From: Bipalium vagum
Lineage: Eukaryota
Assembly (NCBI GenBank): GCA_037834085.1
Contig: JBBMKC010238222.1
Span: 1 to 32,271 of the forward strand
Direction: 5' to 3'
DNA: 32,271 nucleotides
Positions 1-12,869 of the stretch are shown piece by piece. The stretch's first letter is position 1, and each line of letters starts with the position of its first letter. Below the pieces are notes generated by a model. That model was given only the letters and a program-made list of their open reading frames with translations, had not been told where the DNA came from and did not search any database. The position numbers and the translations under genes are program-made.

Positions 1-75
1 TTTCTGTTTTATTCTTCTTTGTTTCATACAATAGACACGTGGAGTTATTGTTTCACTAGTGTTGGTTTGTACTAA

Positions 76-124
<49 letters not shown>

Positions 125-300
125 TAATAATAATAATAATGGATAATAAAATAATAATAATAATGGATAATACTAACAATAAGTTTATAATAATAATGAA
201 AAATACTAAATAATAATAATAGCGGAATAATGATGTCGAGAATAAAAGACTTTAATTGGATATATAATAATGATAATAATAGTAATTAGAATAATAATAG
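76..300. repeat. (AAT)n microsatellite, pure at about 76-120, decaying to about 300
   Basis: Direct run aataataataat... followed by degenerate AAT-rich units. Confidence 0.95.
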
Positions 301-316
301 CAGTATTAAGATAATA

Positions 317-1049
317 TCAGCCTCGGTGACGAGGTTGAAAAGAAGCAATTATACTCCGTTGTTGGGATATAATAATCCTTCCTGTCTGGTGGTAGAGACA
401 TGGAAAATAATTAAAGGCTATTGATGGAAATAACCGTCTCGAAGCATAGGGATTGGTGATCATAGCCCAATCCCTTCGACTATATAAAGAGACGGCTATT
501 CCCACCAATTTGCCAAAAAACTGTCAGATAAACAATAATTCAGGACCAGCTTCAAAACGACGCAATTATATCAGGTTTTTCTCCTAGGGGATATGACGAC
601 GCAGAAGTATTTAACAAGGGACCCAGCGAGCTTGGGAACCCCATGTCGCTTTTGGTGAGATCGTTTTTTGTATTACTTTCCAAAAACTTTTCTTTGTGAT
701 CATTTCTTTCATCTCTTTCGTTATAACAGTAGTTGTGTTTATTTTTATCATTATTTATTTTTATTTTTGGTGATATTTTCGATTATTGGACTTATCAGAT
801 TGATTTACCGAGTGACTTTTCGTGATGATTATTATATTTAATTGTGATTGTGTTTTGTCAGTAAAGTTTTATTTTGGAAGTTTTGGTTCAGTTCATAAGG
901 TGCGGATAAAGTATTATTGCGGGTGTTTTGATTCAGCAGATAAGGTTTTATTGAGAGAAACGAACACAAAATTTTAAAAAGTAAAGAGTTACGGGTAGAC
1001 GAGTGCACGTTACTGTGTCGAGGTATAATAGTAACACTACTATATATCA
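317..1049 (+). mobile_element. Possible LTR-like segment of a retrotransposon
   Basis: Higher-GC island with TATA-like ctatataaag (about 480-489), a long T-rich tract and a candidate ...tatatatCA end at 1049. No partner LTR, PBS or TSD identified. Confidence 0.2.
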
Positions 1050-1675
1050 GCAGGTGGAAATAAGTGATATTTCTAAAGGATCATTAAACATTACATTTGC
1101 ATTGACTGTACCAGATTCCCCAGATTTATTGATACAAATAAAGGAAAGACAAAGGAAAATTCACTTAACTACAAAATAATAATAATAATTTAATATGAAC
1201 AAAATTTGGAAAAGTTAGTTCAATATTAAGTTTCATAAATTTTGAAATTTGATAATTTTTTATAAAATTATTTTAAATAAATAATTAATTAATCCTTTTA
1301 CTGCTTTCCATTTAACAAAATTTGATTTTTTTCTGACAGATATCCGGTGAATCCACAGAGATATAAATTTCGTTAAAATGAAATAATTTATTAAATTGAA
1401 TAGCAAACCTCCAATGACTAAAAATCCTTGTTATATTATTTGTTCCGTGAAGTGTTTCTGGGATTTGTAAGTTAATTGTGATACATTTATGTTAATTTAA
1501 TTAAATTAATGGACAAGAAAAATTACATTATAAAATATTTAACGTATTTTAATCAAAACTACTCTGATATCTTAATATTACAAATAATTTGATATATTTG
1601 GCCACGGAATAAATATTTTTACATTTTGTAAAGAGTAATAAATCATCAGTGGTAGTTCATTGAATTCTATTCTCG

Positions 1676-1916
1676 TTAGTCAATTTGTACCGGACCCAAA
1701 CTAAGTTTTATGATCTTCCCAATGGTTTTGAAATGATTCCAAATGATTTTTGATCTCAACAACGTGTCTCGATGAAATCATGTTGTTTGACGGGGAATTG
1801 AGTCGATGTCTGCTCCTGATACGACATCATCCATTACAGTTGAGGTTTCGGTTGTGGTTGGTCCTTCAAATCGATATTCTCTTTTTAAACGTTTAAAATG
1901 CACTCTGGTTATTAGG
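1676..1916 (-). other. Candidate exon with coding-like composition, product unknown
   Basis: Acceptor ttttaatAG at 1918-1917. The frame reads LITRVHFKRLKREYRFEGPTTTETSTVMDDVVSGADIDSIPRQTT, then TGA (1778-1780), then 33 more open codons to TAA (1676-1678). A strong upstream donor cAG|GTAAGT lies at 3560/3559. Confidence 0.3.
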
Positions 1917-2433
1917 CTATTAAAATATAAAATATTCTAAGTTTAATTAAGTTTAAATATTGAAGCAATTATAAACATTAAAATTTTCTGCATTTATATT
2001 CAAATCATCTTCTCCAACCCAATAATTTAAAGGTTTTATATTTTTTGTGGGATTTAGTTTTTCGATTTTTTTACAATATCTTTAAGAATCTGCTATTTTA
2101 TACATTTAACAAAGATCACTGTTAGCGAGTTTTATAATTGCTAATTTCTATAAAGTTTTCATGAACCCAATTATGTCAAATTGTTTCTTACATTTCGAGG
2201 AGATTTATGGACAGCGTTTTCCAAGCCAGGATTCTGAATTCCATTATAATTTTTTGATACTCACAACCTTAATAACAGCTTCTTCCAAATGATAAGAAAT
2301 AAGCCACAAATATTTTATTATTCAAAGAATTCTTAATATTTAAAAAATTGGTAAATTGTACTTTCAGCAATTATTAAATTTATTAATACAAAAACAAAAT
2401 TTGTTTAAAAGCCTGATTTTTAATCAATAGTTC

Positions 2434-2947
2434 TGATGGTTGGGTACGCGACGCGGAACAATAAATGTTTAAGTCTAAGGTTTTATTCAATCTACAAGTA
2501 TACAATACTAATATTGAATTCAATATTGTCTCGAAATCTAACACACAAAAGAAAACAATGTTTCTAATAAAACCTGTACTATTCTCTGTGACTGAATCAA
2601 AATATCACAACAGATTTATATGTACCCTCGACTACTTAATGACTATACTTCGGTTATCAAAAAAAATAATGAGATGAAAATAAGTGAATAAAAATAAAAT
2701 AATTCGAATGACTAAAATGACAAAATCCAAATGAAAAATAAATCGCCTAGGCTTGAATGACACAAGGGGCACCAGAATCTAATATAAGCACCAATCAACC
2801 TTACAGGCTCTAAACCACAAAAATCATTGAATCTCTATCTCTCAAATCAAAAATGAATTAATTCAAAAAGATAATCAAAACGCTTCGAAATCAAAATTTA
2901 TGCTAATTTTATTGACTCAATTTATTTTAATGACAGTCACAATTACA
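2434..2947 (-). mobile_element. Candidate solo LTR
   Basis: Minus strand begins TGTAATTG and has a TATA-like cttatattag, an AATAAA near the 3' end, and ends ...cgcgtacccaaccatCA (TG...CA). No matching TSD found. Confidence 0.3.
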
Positions 2948-3002
2948 ATCAATTTTCTATAATCGAACTTTTAATTATTAATAAGGTTTATCATAATTTG
3001 GA

Positions 3003-3242
3003 TCTATCAATAAATACGATGGCTAAGGAGTGTAATATATCTTGAGAGGTCGTGCATAATATTGTAAAAATAGATCTTCCTCATCACCAGATATTAATCC
3101 TCTGAACTCCGCAATGTGGATAATTGCTGCGTGGTCGAATACATCAGAGAATGCTGTCCAAGCAAGATTATTCGGACAAAAGGCTGTCATATAGCATGAA
3201 TTTCAAATAGTTTCCATATTACCGTTTTTCGCAGCCACTCTG
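3003..3242 (+). mobile_element. Internally deleted Tc1/maT-like transposon remnant
   Basis: HTH-like LSINTMAKECNIS*EVVHNIVKIDL is fused directly to SSSPDINPLNSAMW (SPDLNPLD motif). Ends ...cgcagccactCTG-TA, a TIR end plus TA. Confidence 0.65.
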
Positions 3243-4316
3243 TATGCCTAACGGATATTAAATTTTTATATTTGAAATTTTCTTCTTCAAAATTGTCGGT
3301 AATTTTTTGTAAATGGTTATTTTTATTTATTATTTCAAAGAACTGTACATTTTATTTCGATTGTGAAGAAAAGTAAAAGAAATATTTTCTTTGGAAAGAG
3401 ACGCAAAATTGGAAATTTATGGATTAACAGTTTTGAGTTTTATATTCAGTCTGTAACTCATTTGTCATTTTGAAGTCAATATTGGTAACAAAATATTGAA
3501 GAAATGTTGGCATTTTTAGAATATTAACTGATACAAATTAAATAAAAACTCTGACTTACCTGTTCGAATTTTATTTTTTTACTGTAAATTGTTGAAATTA
3601 TAAGGGGTTAAAATAAATATTGTGAAAATAATTATTTATTAAATAAAAGTTGGGGGTTGATTGAAGAAAATATAAAATTAAAAGTTGAAAATATAAAATA
3701 TTGAATAATAAATCAAAAATGTTTATTATCTAATGTTCAATGAAATTTTTCATTTATATTATACATATTATTCACCTTTTATTATAATTTATATCATCTT
3801 TTATTATATATTGGATATCATCAGGTTGAGGAATAATTCATGAGCGTTTTTTAAATAACTTTATTTGAATGCAAAATAAAGGAATAGTACACAATTTATT
3901 ATTAACGAAATTAGAATAAATCATTCAACAATGAAGTCTCCGTTGTCGTTGATAACTTAAAAATTTATACATAATTCCTAAGTAAATATTGTTGATAGTA
4001 GAAAATATTTAATTTTAAGTTAACTCGAGAAAATGAAAAAATAAATCAAGATGTAATAATTGTTAAAAGTTTTAGAATTTAAATTAGAAACTTTTGTAAA
4101 AAATATACATATCATACATGGAAAATTGCAAATGTTTTACTATTAGATTTGAATATTTATTCTTATTTTGTTCTTATACGTTATTTTTTATTATTTCTCT
4201 TTATTAAAGAAAATAGTACATAATAATATTTATACGAAAGTTATCATAATTAAGAAAATTTATAAATAAAAATAACAATTATAAATTAAATTATTTAATT
4301 TTCAATGTAATAGTAA

Positions 4317-5440
4317 CAGGTGTGACAAAATTTTGAGACAAACTTCGATGTCTCATCCTGTGTTAAATATTCAATGTAATCAAATAAACTGTTTTAATTT
4401 AAAGTACTGCTTGTTTATGTAACCTAAAAAATCAGTAATATTTAAATTTAAATTATATTATCATAATTTTAGATATGACGAAATGATTGTTTGAAGAAAT
4501 GATGGTAAATTTTTATAAGATAATATTTCAAAAGGCAAAGCATTTGTTGTTCATCCTTTTATGAATTGTGGTATACCCAAAGCTACTGCTTTTAGGAAAT
4601 TAGCAAAATTAGAAGAAAAGTTGATAATGGTAAAAAAGCTACAAATAAAAATGTTTAAAAAGTTGGTAGAATTTTTGAAAACAAATATGGGTATTCTCAA
4701 CTCAATGTAACGAGAAAATGCAAATATGATCAGAGCTATATTTCTAAAATATTGTATTCAAAGACGGGCATAAGGAATTTCAAGAAAACCTGAAAGACAA
4801 ATAGAAACGGGTAGCAAAATGCCAAAAACTATAAACTCAATATCATCATCTGGATGTCTTAATGGATGATGAAAGCTATTTAACTTTGAGAATAGCATAC
4901 TTACCAGTAATGATAGATATTATGCTTCTGATCGCTCTTTATGTGACAAAGATTTGAGATAAAAACTAATCTAAAAGTTTGAAAAGAAACACTTAGTATC
5001 GGTATGTATAAGCCCTAAAGAAATAAGTCATCCTTATATTAAACAAAACAAGCAAGTTATTAATCAATTCTACGAAGCAATATTGCAAAAAAATTTCATA
5101 CCACTAATATTCAAGTACTATAAAAGAAAGAAATTTCATCTCTGGGTCACATCTGGTAAAATCACATTAAACAAAATCACTTTTAGAGTTTTTAAGAACA
5201 CGAAGCATTAATGTGGTGTCTAGGGAATTGAATCCTACCAATCTGCAGAAGCTAGACCAATTGAAAACTTCTGAGGAGATTTAAAGCGCATTGTATATGT
5301 TGCTAATTAAATAGCAAAAGACTTAGGTGAGATTGAGAGAAAAATTAGAAAACGCTATTCAAAGGTGCACAATGAAATTTACCTTACCCAAATAAAACCT
5401 GTTTGTAAAAATTAAATTCTATTGCTAGGAAAGGACTATA
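4317..5440 (+). mobile_element. Degenerate ITmD37E-like (DD37E) Tc1/mariner transposon, near full coding length
   Basis: Left TIR-like CAGGTGTGACAAAATTTTGAGACA at 4317. Motifs VLMDDESY (about 4856-4879), a decayed FWPDLASSHY-like segment (about 5140-5170) and NPTN..EARPIENF*GDLKRIVY (about 5231-5298). Many stops and frameshifts. Confidence 0.75.
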
Positions 5441-5473
5441 AAGACAATGTTTGTTATTATATCTATATATATA

Positions 5474-6130
5474 CTTGGTGACGTCAAAAAAGACCAAGAT
5501 TAACATAATTAGATGCATGAAGCAGCAAACATAATTTGTTTAAATATCCCTCATTTATTTTTTTCAATTAAAAACAAATAGTGGTAATTATAATTATTGA
5601 TATATATTCTATTTTAGATTTTTAATGGCTGCAGTTTCAAAAATTGAATATCAAAGCGTTATTCGCTTCTTAGTTTTGCGAAAAAAGCGGGACAGAAATA
5701 ACAGAAAAACTGTATTTGGCGTACTGAGATAATGCTCCATCAAGTACAACCATTTATCAATGAAGAACGGAATTCAAAAGAGGGCGAGTATCTGTTGAGG
5801 AAGGAAAAAGCACTGGAAGACCAGCATAACTTGGCGAATCGCATGAAAAAAAATTTTAAAAAATTATTCGTGATGAAAGAAGAATTACAAAGCAATGTTA
5901 TCTAAGCGACTGAATATATCTTATGGATCAGTACACAACATGCTAAAGAGTCTTGATATTCGAAAGTTGTGTTTCAGATGTGTTCCATACTTCTTAACAC
6001 ATGACATTTGTAAACCTCAGTTAGAATACTGCGAACACAATCTGCGTGTTTTGTATGAAGTTGGTGACCGTTTCCAAACTAATATAATTACGGAGGATGA
6101 AACACCTATGTCTTTCTACCTAACTGAAGC
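5474..6130 (+). mobile_element. Mariner (DD34D) transposon, 5' half, pseudogenised
   Basis: TA + TIR-like CTTGGTGACGTCAAAAAAGACC. ATG at 5625 gives MAAVSKIEYQSVIRFL...TEFKRGRVSVEEGKSTGRP...RKLCFRCVPYFLT (WVPHEL-like)...IITEDET (first catalytic D). Truncated after this point. Confidence 0.85.
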
Positions 6131-7209
6131 TTTCAAATGGTGCGCAGCTTGTTAATATTTAAAATTTTCTTTTAAAGCTTTTATAGAAAAAATGCAAAAA
6201 AAAAGAAAAAACTTATGAATTAAACCAATAAGATGTTTCTTAACGGAGGAGAATTATGCTATAAAATTAAAAAATTATAAAAAATTTTATATAAAAAAAT
6301 TATAAAATTAAAAAATCAATTCAAAATTATTTGTTGTTTAAATAATACGATTGTTGGAAGATAAGTTGTTTTTAAATAAATTTTGAAATAGTGTTTATTT
6401 TTATGATTCAGACATCAAAAAATCAAATTGCCGTAGCTGACAGTCATTTTATCTATATATATTAAAGAAATCAACATGATTATAAAATCTATGCACGTTA
6501 CATATACATAAATTATGATGTCAGGTATAGCTATTAAATAAATGCTTTTCAAGGCGTGGGGATAATTTTGGCGCACAGTATATAATTGCTTTATAATTTA
6601 TCATTTTTACAATGATAAATAAATCTTCTAAGACCAATTGGTGTTCTTATTTTTATTTTAATTGATTTTTTAAAATTATTACAATATTTTTCAAAAATTC
6701 TCATGTTAACTAATTTTAGGTTTGGATTGTTTATTTATTCATCGGTTCCTATGACCAATTTAAGTATTGTTTTTGTTTTGTCATTCTGTATGAAATAGAG
6801 ATATCTTTCTAAAAAATTTTAAAATTATTAAAAAGAGTTATTATTATAATTCCAAATTCATTATTTTTTCAGTAAGAATTTTATCTTTCAATTTACCCTT
6901 TAATCTATTTAATGAAGTCTTTAGGATAATCACTACTAGACAGGACATAAAAGTAAGATTAAAACGAGAATTACTTTAACTCAAACGTTTATTAGATTTT
7001 TTGTTGAATCTGAGTGAAAAATTTTTTTATTAAATTTTATTTATATTTGGATAAAACGTAAAATATAATTTTAAATAAAACATGTTAAATTGATATTTCC
7101 TCAATTAGATATTGACATTAATAAAACAAAATGAAATCTAAATAGTAGATACTGTTGGCGAAAAAGTAATTACCGATTTTTTGTAGAAACAGAATAACTA
7201 TAATAACTA

Positions 7210-7803
7210 TATATCGTGTGGAATATGGGCAAGAGGTGTAATTAGTCCATATTTTTCGAAAATGCTGCAGGTTAAACAGTTATAGTAACGGGAGAGAGAT
7301 ATCGACACATGATAGAAACATTTCTTAAGCCTTATCTGAATGATTTTAATGTGGAAAATATTTAATTTCAGCCACATCCCATACAAATAGGAAAACAGCT
7401 GTATTATTACACGAAACTTTTCCATCTGGAATGATCTCACGTTTCGGTGATGTTGATTGGCCTTCCAGATCTCAAGATTTGACGGATCCAGACTATTTCT
7501 TATGAGGATATCTAAAAGATAAAGTTTATATTAATCAATCAAAAGCTATCACACAACTCAAAGACAACATTTCAAAACAAATCGCTATGATCTCAATTGA
7601 CTTATGCCAAAAAGTTATGCAAAATTCCATAAAATAGCCCAAACTTGTAAAGCTGTCAGAGGCAGTCATTTTATTGACATCATATGTAAATTATAAATTT
7701 TTGTAATATCTGTGTTTAAATAAATAAAATTACTTGGGTTTTTAAATTTTATGTATGGAGATATAGCGACTTAAAGTAGTAAAGTTTCTTTTGGAAGACC
7801 CTG
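7210..7803 (+). mobile_element. rosa/DD41D-like Tc1/mariner transposon, 3' part
   Basis: CGIWARGVISPYFF, VTGERYRHMI, ISRFGDVDWPSRSQDLTDPDYFL*GYLKDKVY. Right TIR ...ggaagacCCTG-TA at 7803-7805. Confidence 0.85.
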
Positions 7804-8543
7804 TAGAAATCTTCGTTATAAATATATATATATATACTTAATTATATTAATAAATTCAATAATATATTTTATAAAAATGTGTTGATGAAAAATAGTTGAA
7901 AAAATAATTTACCATTCAAAAAAATTTTTATCAATTCAATGAATTATTTTTATAAAATATTATTCCATTTCATAAAAACCAAATTAAGCTCAGAAAAATT
8001 AAAATTATATTTGGAAGCCAAAAATTAAAATAACGGAAATTTTGAGGAAATAGATAAAATGAAATTTATCTGAAAAATATCATGTCTATATTTACTATTT
8101 ATTTTAAATAAATCGAACATGTTTAGAGGAGATGCCCATCAGAAATATTAATTTAAATATCTGATACTTCAAATAAATGACAATTGATAAATAAAATTCA
8201 GTTAATTTTAATTGATGTTATTTTTTAATTAAATGTTTTTTTAATTAAAAGAATTATAAAAATAGAATTTAGAATTTCAGAATTTAGAAATTTTTAGACA
8301 ACTTAAATTTGTTTGAAGAATCTTGATTTCAGAACCAGATTACTTAATAAAAGTATTTTATTTAATAATTGATTTTTACTTTTATTTCTGAAATAATACA
8401 ACAGTTCGTATTTTATATATTTTTTGAATTTATGAAAGGATATTTTATGAAAAAATAGTTTTAATTTCTTTTCAAATATTATTTTTTCCTGTTAAATTAA
8501 ATTTTCCTGTTTTGTTGTTTTTGTTTGAAATCTTAACTATTTA

Positions 8544-9531
8544 TTGGATTGGCAACTAAGTAATTGCGTATATTTTTATCAAAATAAATATTTTATTCAA
8601 TAAAGTATTGACCATTTTTTCTAATAATCTTCTACCCTCTTTCAGGAAACACTATTAAACCCTTTTCATGAAAGTCCCAGTCTAGCTCCAATAATTTTTG
8701 CCCAGTGACCAAAAAGGATGTCTGGCTTTGCTTTGTCTTGGTGAAAGATGACAACTTTTCGATTGGGAATTTTTTATTTGATTATTCATATTAGATACTT
8801 GTGGAATATAAATATTTGGATTAATTGTATCATTGCTTGGCAATATAAAAAATATTTCCTTTTTAGTCTCACCATACTGACATCATAACCTTTAATAAAT
8901 CCCGGCTTTACGTATCATTAATGCTAATTTACCTTTCTTGCAACAAAATCTTTTCGGTTTACATTATCATAACTAATTGTTTATTATTAATCGTTTCAGA
9001 AACGCATGTGATATGTAGTGTTAGATTAATTTCCTTAAGATTATATAGAATCCATTATTCAATTTTTTCTTATATCCCAGTTTCTTAAATCGCTCTTCTA
9101 TGCAAGTATGTGAAACATTAGGTTCCTGTCCTATCTGACGTGTTGTCACATGTCTATAGTTTTCTATCATTTTTTCGATTTTTTCGTCAGAAATGAAAAA
9201 TCTATCACAAAATTTCGAAAACTAATTTTGGTACTGTCTAATTTTTATAGCTTTATCGCTATACACGTCACATAACTTTTGCAGACTTCAGTTTTTCCAT
9301 TTTATGAAGTAATAAAACAAAACGTTTCGGTAATAAATTCTTTCATCTTCCATTCTTTTTAAATAATTATTAATAAAAAATATAAGATATTGATTTACAC
9401 TACGATAAATATATCAACATAGAATGCTTAAATAATTATACAAAAATTGACTTAATAAATTTTTTTATATGTATGAAACTCGAACTAAATTAAGAAATAA
9501 AAAATACACAATTAAGAAGTTGTCAGCTTAA
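8544..9531 (-). mobile_element. Mellifera-like mariner with both TIRs, internally deleted (988 bp)
   Basis: TA-TTGGATTGGCAACTAAGTAATTGCG at 8542 pairs imperfectly with ...CACAATTAAGAAGTTGTCAGCTTAA-TA at 9531. Minus strand reads MEDEK..YRNVLFYYF..KLCDVYSDKAIKIRQYQN*F and VVIFHQDKAKP. Confidence 0.85.
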
Positions 9532-10839
9532 TAGTTTTAAAAGTTAAGTGAAAGAAAGTTGATTAAAACATAAAATTATTTCTTTCATTTATACTTCCGT
9601 TAAATCAATGCAACGAACTTATTAGTTTAGTCTTTACATTTAAGTAAAAGATAAATTTCTATTTTACCAATATAATATATGATTCTAAAAATATATTTTG
9701 GGTAAGTCACCCTATTTTTGAGTGGTATAACAAGTAATCCTGGTTTTATATAAAACTAATACATAATTTATTTAGATAAATAATATAAAATTTGGTTGAT
9801 GAAGACTTAGAAAAGACTAAAAAGAAAATTTAGAATTTCGTCCTAAAATATTACTCTCAAAGCTTTAATATAAAAATGCAAATGGAAAAGATTTGAGATA
9901 ATTACTAAGTGAAAAGAGAAAAAATATGAAAATATTTAATATTTTAAAATAGCCTGAATTAAATTAAATTAAATTAATATATATTATTCAAAAAATGGCA
10001 TTCTCAATATTTAGGGTTCAAGGAAATGTATAAATTTTTCCACGAATATTTTGGATAGATACGAAAAATAATTAAATTCGAATTTAATAATTAATTCAAA
10101 TATTGTTAAATAAAATTAATAAATCAAATTAAATTCTTAATTAAATTTATTTCTAATCAAAATTTCCTTTATTAAATAATAATTATGCAACTTTGCAAAT
10201 CTGTGTTTTAGAAAAAGACTCATTTTATATTGACCTAAAAAGGGGAAACAGACTTCGATGGCGAAGAAAGCCAATGAAATAATGGGAAGCTGCATATTTC
10301 TCGATCAGCAACGCAGTCCTAATAATCATACAATATTCGTTTCTAAATTCTCCTGGAAAGGCATTTAATAATTATTTTAGCATTCTGATTGAAACAATGT
10401 TTTCTTGCTCAGTACTTTATGCATTAAGTAATTTTTAGATTTTTTGCATATTTCTCGAGATTTATTATTTTTAAAACGAGAAATTATGTGAACATCTTTT
10501 ATTAAATACATTACTGTTATATATTAAAAATGTTTCTTAATTAGAGTCTAGATAATCAAAATTTTTATATATAAAAAAATCTATCATGAAGTATAATATA
10601 ATGCATATTTATTAAGAATTTATTATATATATATATTATTTAAATATTCAACAAATATTAAATAATAAATAATAAATAAATTCTTATTCGAAATATCGAC
10701 AATTTACGTTCAAAAAATAAATATATCATAGTTGTTTGAAAATTAAAAATAAGAATAAATAAATAATCATAAGATGTAAACTTTGTTAAAAATACTTAAA
10801 ATTAAAATATTTTAAATATATTTTAAAATATAATTAATG

Positions 10840-10885
10840 AAATAATAAAATAATAATAAAATAATAATAAATAATAATAAAATAC
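10840..10885. repeat. (AAATAATAAT)n tandem repeat
   Basis: About four direct copies of a 10-nt unit. Confidence 0.8.
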
Positions 10886-11499
10886 TTAAAGTAATTTTTA
10901 AAAAATTTAAAATATAATTATGGTTCTCAAAATTAAAAAAAATCAATTAATGATAATATTTTTTTTATAATAAGCATCCAAGATGGAGACAAGATATGAA
11001 TTTTAATAAAAACTTCTTTGATTAATGTAAAAAAATTAAATCTGATTTTTTTTTTTCAAAAATTTTTCAAATTAGATTTAATAATAAATCAAAAAAATTT
11101 TAAACAAGACATTTTTGAAAGTGGTAAAATAAATTTTAAAGATGAATATATTTATAAAAAGAAATTAATGAAACTTTTTTCAAATATTTAATTTGACAAA
11201 CAAACTGTCTTGTAAGAAATAATCGATAAAATTGATTGAAATTAATAAAATTAATTAAAATTTAAACAAAGTTTTAATTAAGTAATTATTTTTTAGATTT
11301 TCCAGAATTTTGCCTTTGTTATGGTTATGATGCTTAAATTACTTTTGATAAACTTCTTTTAGTTTATTTATTTTAAATTATATATTCTTTTTTAATAAGT
11401 ATCATGAAAAATCTTAATCTAGAAATAAAAAGGAATCTTTTCCAATTTCTTCATCAGATTAAGTTAAAGGAAAATACCATTTGGTCGTTAAAGTTTCAT

Positions 11500-11880
11500 T
11501 TTTCATGATAATCAAAAGTGAGTGGAAACGATTGAACCTCCTGAAAACAGTTTTAGTTATTCTTTGAGAGCTTTGAGAAATAAACGAACATCAATTCTAA
11601 GTAATTGTACAACGATCCTACAAAGGAATGGTTAAGACATGATTGGGTTTTGCTACAAAGCTACAAACCAATAAATTCATTTTGCACATAATATTATAAT
11701 TTTTCATAGAATATAATCGAATTTTTTTAAAAATACATAAACAACATAATAAGACCTAATTTTGCAGGACACTTCCCTTAATTTTCAATATTATTATTTA
11801 TGACCATCATTGAATTTTTTGAACCAAATTTGTGCAGTACTTCCCTTTGCCTTCAACATCACTGTGAGAGGCTAAAAATA
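11500..11880 (-). mobile_element. Highly decayed mariner fragment
   Basis: Minus strand reads STAQIWFKKFNDG, the mariner N-terminal TxxxWFxxFxxG motif. The remainder is barely alignable. Confidence 0.45.
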
Positions 11881-12457
11881 TGAGTAACATTGAATTTTAA
11901 AATTTAAAATTTTTAAATTTTCAGTATATTGAGCTACAATATTTTAATGATTAAATAAATCAAATACTAAAATTAAACTAATAATAATAATAATGAATTA
12001 TATAAATCAAAAGAAAAGTGTAAATTAAAATTTTAAATGAAATAAGTATAACTTTTTAACGCAAATTTATTCGAATTATATTCAAAATTTTATATGTGAA
12101 AAATAATGTAATTTCATTTTTTTGAATAACAAATAACACAAAAACTGAAACGGTTTGAATAAATATATATATTATGTAAGTTTAGTTAAATTTCCTATCC
12201 GTTACTTTGAATTCCTTTTTCCAATAGTAGCATAAAACTGCACAGATTTACAATGTTATTTCCATTTTTCTAAGGTACATAAAATATTTTGCATTTAAAC
12301 AAATTGAATAATTCTTTCGTCTATTTTAGAAAAATCGGTGGGCTCTATTATAAAATTTATTAGAATTTGTTAATTGGTTAATGTACGTTAATTATCTTGA
12401 TCTTAAAAAGGATAAACAAAAACTCAAATACTTATGAGACACATCAACAGTATTAAT

Positions 12458-12510
12458 TTTATGATTTTATGATTTTATAAATTTTATATTTTATATTTTA
12501 TATTTTAAAT
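12458..12510. repeat. (ATTTTAT/G)n short tandem repeat
   Basis: attttatg attttatg attttata... attttat attttat units. Confidence 0.7.
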
Positions 12511-12869
12511 TATCAATATGTAATATGTATATATAATCAATGTAGTTATAAAATTAATATTTTTTAAGAAAAATAATTAATTTCGATTAATCTTACTTAA
12601 TACGTCTTTAGCACGTAATTGTAGAGAATCATTTATTTTAATTAGATATTTGATATAATAATAATTATTGATATTTCTTTTTTATTTTATATTTTAACAT
12701 TTCTTTTCAGAATTCTACTTAATTTTTTCACTGTCTTTCCAATGTTTCAGATTGTAATTTTTTAAAATATTATTCTCTTTATATAAATTAGTCTAATAAA
12801 TCAAAAACAAGAACGAATATATCTTTTTAAACAAAATATTAAATGTTCAATTATTATTAATAATAAAGA

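Noticed and set aside
76-300. Telomere-like or CRISPR-like array
   Set aside because: Simple AAT microsatellite with no repeat-spacer structure or telomeric unit.
2510-2527. 18-bp palindromes here and near 10071-10088
   Set aside because: Short and nearly all A/T, so plausible by chance or slippage at this composition.
7207-7440. 77-aa minus-strand ORF
   Set aside because: Antisense to the rosa-like transposase remnant.
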